Shown here in pieces: positions 58,907 through 64,000 of a DNA stretch of 64,000 nt; position 1 is the stretch's first letter, and each line of letters starts with the position of its first letter. This DNA comes from Candidatus Latescibacterota bacterium (GTDB taxonomy: Bacteria; Latescibacterota; UBA2968; SICM01). The stretch covers positions 5,312,001-5,376,000 of the forward strand of contig CBDCJO010000002.1 of assembly GCA_965217865.1 (NCBI GenBank). Direction: 5' to 3'. The notes below the pieces were generated by a model that was not told the DNA's origin, searched no databases, and worked only from the letters and a program-made list of their open reading frames with translations. The position numbers were made by a program, and so were the translations under genes.

Positions 58907-59166
58907 ATAAACCGTCGGTCTCCCTCTATTACAGAATCGATATTCACCCTGAGAAAGCGTTTCAGGCAGGTATCCTTTTGTCTTCTTCAAGCTCGAACCG
59001 GTCGGTAAACTAAAGATGATAATAGCCATTCCCTACCGGTCCGTCAAGACAAAATGAGCTTAGATCCTTCGGTTGACTTTGATCCTTTGTTGTGATAGAT
59101 TAGGCTTCCATTCAGATGATCGATCGGGGAAATTCGAAGCGATTTTTTTAAAAGACGGGAACCGAC

Positions 59167-60222
59167 GTGCCAAAATTTCAAACTCAAACCTTGAAACGGA
59201 TCGGAGTGGAGCTTTTCAAATCGGCAGGTTGTTCGGAGAAGAACGCCATAATGGTCGTGGACCACCTGGTGGAGTCCAACCTCTTCGGTCACGACTCACA
59301 CGGTGCGATCCGTATTTACGAATACCTTGAACATATACGCGAAGGGCGGTTTCAAGCCGACGCCGAGCCCCGGGTGGTTCGCGAAACCGCCTGTACTGCA
59401 CTGGTGGACGGCGGAGGTGCGATCGGACAGGTTGGCGCCACCTTTGTCGCCCAGCTGGCCATTCGAAAAGCTCGCGAACACGGGACCTGTTCGGTTGCCC
59501 TCAGAAATACCAGTCACGTAGGCCGGGCTGGGGCCTACCCTCTGATGGCCGCGCGGGAGGGAATGATGGGGCTTGCGTTTGTGAACGCAGGGAAACTGGG
59601 CTACCAGATCGCTCCTTTCGGGGGTATAGATGGCCGGTTGAGCACGGACCCGATCGCCTTTGCGGCACCCAGGCGGGATTCGGATCCCATCATGGTTGAT
59701 ATGACCACATCGGTCGTTGCTGAGGGGAAGATCCGCCTGGCCAGGAATCAGGGAAAGCCGGTTCCGGAAGGGTGGATCATCGACCACGAAGGGAATACGA
59801 CGACGGATCCGAACGTGTTTTTCGATGGGCCCGGAGCCATTCTTCCGATGGGTGGGGTGGTGGGCCACAAAGGTTATGGATTGAGTTTTGTGGTTGAGCT
59901 TCTCGGGGGTACTCTGAGCGGCCAGGGATGTGCGGGGGGGGAGAGGAAGATGAAGAGCAACGGGGTACTCATGACGGTTTACAATATCGAACACTTCACA
60001 GATCTCGACACATACTATGATGAAGTAGAGGATCTCATCAGACACGTTCAAACGAGCCGGCTCTCGAAAGGATTCAAGGAAATCCTGGTTCCGGGTGAGC
60101 CTGAATTCAGGTCAGCCCTGAAACGGGAGGAGGATGGGGTAGAGGTGGATGATACCACCTGGTCTCGCATTTGCGTTGAGGCAGAGGCCCTCGGGTTGGA
60201 TCCCGCAAAGTTGGAGGCATGA
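59167..60222 (+). CDS. Ldh_2 family oxidoreductase (malate/L-lactate/sulfolactate type)
   Basis: GHDSHG, SHVGR.G.Y, DM.TS.VA.GK, GHKGYGL, PGE.E. Confidence 0.92.
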   Translation: MPKFQTQTLKRIGVELFKSAGCSEKNAIMVVDHLVESNLFGHDSHGAIRIYEYLEHIREGRFQADAEPRVVRETACTALVDGGGAIGQVGATFVAQLAIRKAREHGTCSVALRNTSHVGRAGAYPLMAAREGMMGLAFVNAGKLGYQIAPFGGIDGRLSTDPIAFAAPRRDSDPIMVDMTTSVVAEGKIRLARNQGKPVPEGWIIDHEGNTTTDPNVFFDGPGAILPMGGVVGHKGYGLSFVVELLGGTLSGQGCAGGERKMKSNGVLMTVYNIEHFTDLDTYYDEVEDLIRHVQTSRLSKGFKEILVPGEPEFRSALKREEDGVEVDDTTWSRICVEAEALGLDPAKLEA

Positions 60223-60299
60223 GGCTCCTGTGTTGAATGGCTTTCTTGAATCGAATCAATCCTCCGGACGGAAAACAGCACATGGAGGATAACATTAAG

Positions 60300-60578
60300 A
60301 TGGAAAAGAAAATGTGCCTCCACTTAATCGTTGATGGCGTTGTTCAGGGAGTGGGTTTCAGATTTTTCACGGAGAGGACAGCCAGACGATATGGCCTATC
60401 TGGATGGGTCCGGAATCTGCCGGATGGCCGGGTGGAAATCGAGGCGGAAGGGGAAGAGGGGGTTCTGAACGCATTTCTGAAGGATGTAAATCAAGGGCCG
60501 AGCTTTTCCAGGGTGACGCACGTCGGCGTCGAGAAAATCCCCGCGCCGGGGCACCGGTCGTTTGAAGTGAGATTTTGA
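60300..60578 (+). CDS. acyP: Acylphosphatase
   Basis: G.VQGVGFR, GWVRN..DG.VE. Confidence 0.93.
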   Translation: MEKKMCLHLIVDGVVQGVGFRFFTERTARRYGLSGWVRNLPDGRVEIEAEGEEGVLNAFLKDVNQGPSFSRVTHVGVEKIPAPGHRSFEVRF

Positions 60579-60590
60579 ATCAAGAACCGT

Positions 60591-60653
60591 GATTCGTGAT
60601 TCGTGATTCGTGATTCGTGATTCGTGATTCGTGATTCGTGATTCGTGATTCGT
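60591..60653 (+). repeat. Perfect heptamer tandem repeat (GATTCGT)x9 with a short inverted array at 60729-60748
   Basis: Direct count; acgaatc at 60731-60737. Confidence 0.95.
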
Positions 60654-60765
60654 TACAAATTGATCCGAATAACTTGAGGAATAGTCAACTTTCTTTTTGA
60701 ATGGATTCGGTTTATTGGCTTTTCCGATCCACGAATCACGTTCCACGGCCTAGATGGAGTGATTC

Positions 60766-61281
60766 ATGGCTGACTTATCAAATTATATCCGAGATGTTCC
60801 GGATTTCCCGAAGCCGGGAATCCTGTTTCGGGACATCACCCCTCTGCTGCTGGACCCGATGGCACTTAACCAGGCCGTGGAGGCCCTGGCAAACCCATAT
60901 CGTGAGCGGGATATCGACCTGGTCGCTGGCATCGAGTCCCGAGGTTTTATCTTCGGCGTTGGCGTCGCACAAACCCTGAACCTGGGATTCGTCCCGATTC
61001 GGAAGCCGGGAAAACTTCCCGCAGACACGGTCCGGGAGGAATATCAACTGGAATACGGAACCGATGCCGTAGAGATTCACCGGGATGCGGTGCGTCCGGG
61101 TCAGAGCGTGTTGATGGTGGACGATCTCCTGGCTACCGGCGGAACGATGGGGGCGAGTTGCCGGTTGATTGAGCGGCTGGGTGGGGTTGTTGCGGGTGTG
61201 GTGTTTCTGATCGAGCTGACCTTCCTGAACGGACGGGAAAAACTGGAGGGGAGGGATATCCGTGTGGAAATACAGTATTGA
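60766..61281 (+). CDS. apt: Adenine phosphoribosyltransferase
   Basis: DFPKPGILFRDI, ESRGF, RKPGKLP, LEYG, VDDLLATGGT. Confidence 0.97.
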   Translation: MADLSNYIRDVPDFPKPGILFRDITPLLLDPMALNQAVEALANPYRERDIDLVAGIESRGFIFGVGVAQTLNLGFVPIRKPGKLPADTVREEYQLEYGTDAVEIHRDAVRPGQSVLMVDDLLATGGTMGASCRLIERLGGVVAGVVFLIELTFLNGREKLEGRDIRVEIQY

Positions 61282-61315
61282 TTGGGAATTTTGGATAAAA
61301 TCGGATGTTCAAACC

Positions 61316-61714
61316 CTATTCGGAATCGATCTCGGCCGGTTCGCCGAGGACGTCCCTGACGGTCTCAAACAGAACCTCCACCTTGAAAGGCTTGGGAAGA
61401 ATATGTCGAACTCCGAGTCGCCTCATCTGTTCGATTTTGGGGTCTGAGGGATCGGCGGTGATGGCAATGACGGGGGTATCGATTCCATTATCCTGCAGGG
61501 CCTTGACAAACGTCAAACCGTCGATCAATGACATTTTCACGTCAACCGTTACCAGGTCGTAAGGTTTTTCCCCCCGAGCGGTGGACAGGGCCACGTAGCT
61601 GTCCACCGGCGCTGTCACCTGATAGCCCTTCGAGGTCAGAATATCGACCAGAAACGCCCGCATCTCCTCGCTGTCTTCGAGGACTAAGATTCGTGTTGGA
61701 TCATTATCGCCCAT
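61316..61714 (-). CDS. Single-domain response regulator
   Basis: LEDS, VDVKM, PKPF. Confidence 0.88.
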   Translation of the reverse strand: MGDNDPTRILVLEDSEEMRAFLVDILTSKGYQVTAPVDSYVALSTARGEKPYDLVTVDVKMSLIDGLTFVKALQDNGIDTPVIAITADPSDPKIEQMRRLGVRHILPKPFKVEVLFETVRDVLGEPAEIDSE

Positions 61715-61834
61715 GTTTGAGCCTCATTTCTGACGGCCGCTAAAATAAGTCATGGTACCGGGGAAGTCAAACGGAAAGGGTTATCTTCCCACTTCCGATC
61801 CTACCCGGAATCCGGGGACCTGGGACAGGGGAGG

Positions 61835-62554
61835 TTGACAGGGGTGCTCGATAAAAAAGCCGAATTTGTCCGGGCCCTCTTCACAGGGATCCCCCGGGAA
61901 TACGATAAGCTTCTTGGGTTGCTCACCTTCGGACAGGACGGACGCTGGCGTCGGAAGGCCATTCAGGCTTCGGGGCTGACGCCTCCCGCACGCATCCTTG
62001 ACCTTGCAACAGGCACGGGCATCTTCGCCTACGAATGGCTCGACCTCCTCGGTCCGGATCTCAAGATCATCGCCCTCGACATTACCCCCGCCATGCTTGG
62101 CCAATCCATGAAGGTTCAAAACGATCGGGGCGGAACCGATCCGCTCTACTTTGTCTGCGGCAGGACCGAAATGCTCCCCTTCCCGGACGAACATTTCGAT
62201 GGGATCAGTATCGGCCTCGCCCTGAGAAACCTTTCTTCACTCGAGGCCTCGTTTGCCGAAATGACACGAGTGGTCCGACCCGGCGGAAAAGTGCTCTCCG
62301 TGGATTTCACTCGTCCGGCCAACCCTCTCTTTCGCCGACTCTACTATCCCTACCTCTGCAGGGGTCTTCCCGCGATCGGCCGCGCGATTTCCCCGGAGTG
62401 GGACGAGACTTTCGAATATCTCTGGAGGTCCATTCTCAACTTCCGGGAGATCGGGGAAGTAACCGGCGTGATGAAGCGCGCGGGTTTTAAAGACATCGAA
62501 GCACATTCCCTCACAGGGGGAATCGCCACCCTTTTAATGGGAACACGGCCTTGA
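61835..62554 (+). CDS. UbiE/MenG family methyltransferase
   Basis: LF..I...YD, GQD.RWR, LDLATGTG, ALRN, Y.YL..SI..F. Confidence 0.85.
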   Translation: MTGVLDKKAEFVRALFTGIPREYDKLLGLLTFGQDGRWRRKAIQASGLTPPARILDLATGTGIFAYEWLDLLGPDLKIIALDITPAMLGQSMKVQNDRGGTDPLYFVCGRTEMLPFPDEHFDGISIGLALRNLSSLEASFAEMTRVVRPGGKVLSVDFTRPANPLFRRLYYPYLCRGLPAIGRAISPEWDETFEYLWRSILNFREIGEVTGVMKRAGFKDIEAHSLTGGIATLLMGTRP

Positions 62555-63270
62555 AAGGGGCATGGTACGCGCGCGCGGGAACCCTTTGGAAGGATTTCTG
62601 GACCCTCTTACATCCTCCTTACACTTCCATGGTCCTTGCGTATGTGACCATCGGGGGGTGCCTCTCTCCGACGCTCCATACTGACCGGCTGGTCGGACTT
62701 CTACTGGCTTACCTGCTCGGACTCGGCGGGGCCGCCCACTTCCTGGATGAGACGCGCGGACATCCCTGGGGGACGGGATTTTCAAACCGTACCCTCTATT
62801 TCCTGACTTTCCTCACACTCACCCCAGCGGCGGGCATCGGCCTTTATTATACCTGGAGGGTCAGTCCCTGGTTTCTCTCCTTCGTTATCCTCGGGATGTT
62901 TTTCGCGTTCGCCTATAACCTGGAATGGTTCAACGGGAGATTTCATACGGATCTCTGGTTCGCCATCAGCTGGGGAGGGCTTCCCTTTCTCACCAGCTAC
63001 TACCTCCAAACGCTTTCGGTCCAACCGTGGGCCTTTGTCCTGGCCGCCACCCTGGCCTGTACCGCGGGAATTCAGATTACCCTCAGCCGGTGGATCAAAG
63101 GCTATCGCCGAGGCCCCCCGCTGGCCGCACTGAGCTATTCGGATGGCCGGTCCGAACCGCTTCAAACCCATCAACTCATAGCCCGGCCTCAACGGGCGCT
63201 GAAACTGATCGTTTATACCGTTGACCTCCTCGCAGTTGCGCTTCTCCTGCGGCATTTCATACCTGAATAG
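62551..63270 (+). CDS. Divergent UbiA-like prenyltransferase-fold membrane protein
   Basis: Multi-TM; LHPPY, AAH.LDE..G.P, AYN.E.F.G.FHTD; start overlaps the ubiE-like stop. Confidence 0.55.
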   Translation: MKGAWYARAGTLWKDFWTLLHPPYTSMVLAYVTIGGCLSPTLHTDRLVGLLLAYLLGLGGAAHFLDETRGHPWGTGFSNRTLYFLTFLTLTPAAGIGLYYTWRVSPWFLSFVILGMFFAFAYNLEWFNGRFHTDLWFAISWGGLPFLTSYYLQTLSVQPWAFVLAATLACTAGIQITLSRWIKGYRRGPPLAALSYSDGRSEPLQTHQLIARPQRALKLIVYTVDLLAVALLLRHFIPE

Positions 63271-63334
63271 TGGCGTTTTACAGAATTAACCTTGAATTTT
63301 GTCCGCTTTCAGACGAAGAATGTCAGTCCTAACG

Positions 63335-63508
63335 CCCTCATCCCCTGTATCCCCTTCTCCCGCTTAGCAGGAGAAGGGGACGATGACAATCCTTTCCTGT
63401 ATATTAAGAATCTCGCCTTTCCCTTCATAAAACGATTAGATCATTTTCGCTATTCCCCTCTCCCGGCACCCGGGAGAGGGGTGCCGAGCTTGCGAGGCGG
63501 GGTGAGGG
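63335..63508. repeat. REP-like doublet (CCCCTCTCCC family)
   Basis: tccccttctccc..aggagaagggga and cccctctcccgg..cgggagagggg. Confidence 0.7.
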
Positions 63509-63554
63509 AGCACGAAGGCGTTCCAAAAAGTGTGTCGCTCCGAATGGAAGAAGA

Positions 63555-64000
63555 ATGAGATATCGGTCGTACGACTTTCCATTGCCTTTGTGATGATCTT
63601 CTTCTTCAACCCTTTGAGGCCGCTTGAAGCATCGAAGATGATGAGAGGGAAAAAGCTGAGGTTCATCTGCGGGAAGATGAGGGGGATCGGGTCATACTGG
63701 CTGGAATCGACATCCCGGCCTCATCAAAAGTTATCTGGGCCGTCCTGACCGACTACGACAACCTGGAGACCTTTGTCCCTGACATGATCCAGAGCCGCAT
63801 CCTTGAAAGGGGAGAGGAGGGCCTGATCCGGCTTGAACAGATATCCGCCAATCGATTCTTGTTTTTAAAAAAACGGGTCCGGGTGGTCCTCCAAGTCTCT
63901 GAACGACTTCACCGAAAAATCGAATTTGTCCTGATCGAAGGGGATTTCCATACCTATCAGGAGTCCTGGGAAATCGATATTGAAAAGGAACCCATCCGGC
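63555..64000 (+). pseudogene. SRPBCC/START (polyketide cyclase) family protein; 5' region frameshifted, runs off the window end
   Basis: Frame open from 63628: IWAVLTDYDNLETFVPDMIQSR...IEF.LIEGDF..Y..SW; signal-like N-terminus is in other frames. Confidence 0.7.

Noticed and set aside
60591-60653. CRISPR array
   Set aside because: Simple 7-bp tandem repeat without spacers; no cas genes

Overview
A 64 kb bacterial chromosomal window of moderately high GC with AT-rich intergenic patches. The gene style (NYPNPFNP-type C-terminal Ig domain, 'DFxDFFxF' dockerin-like repeats, peptidase-TolB-BamA fusion) suggests an FCB-group organism such as Ca. Latescibacterota; this is an inference. Main content: a partial surface protein, sugar-catabolic genes, a five-gene two-component cluster, a PspA/YbjN/DUF4178/spermidine-synthase/DUF350 locus, a decaying BamA-SBP-Npt/HEAT-cNMP operon interrupted by an IS1182/IS5-type element, a futalosine menaquinone cluster (mqnL, mqnE, mqnC, mqnA, mqnP, ubiX), Mo-hydroxylase small/medium subunits, and housekeeping genes (apt, acyP, K+ channel). 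No rRNA, tRNA, CRISPR array, reverse transcriptase or prophage was recognised. Most notable observations: (1) an XRE-HTH fused to a catalytically dead ClpC-type AAA+ module that keeps the TKYRG pore loop, with an operator-covered promoter and a downstream promoter-to-terminator unit that looks non-coding; (2) four REP-like miniature elements carrying collapsed termini of an IS200-like Y1 transposase, with three different deletion junctions; (3) heptamer arrays, one inverted pair of which brackets a four-helix-bundle gene; (4) a temptin-like CxxCH protein linked to a dockerin-like domain. All alignments and folds were done by eye.
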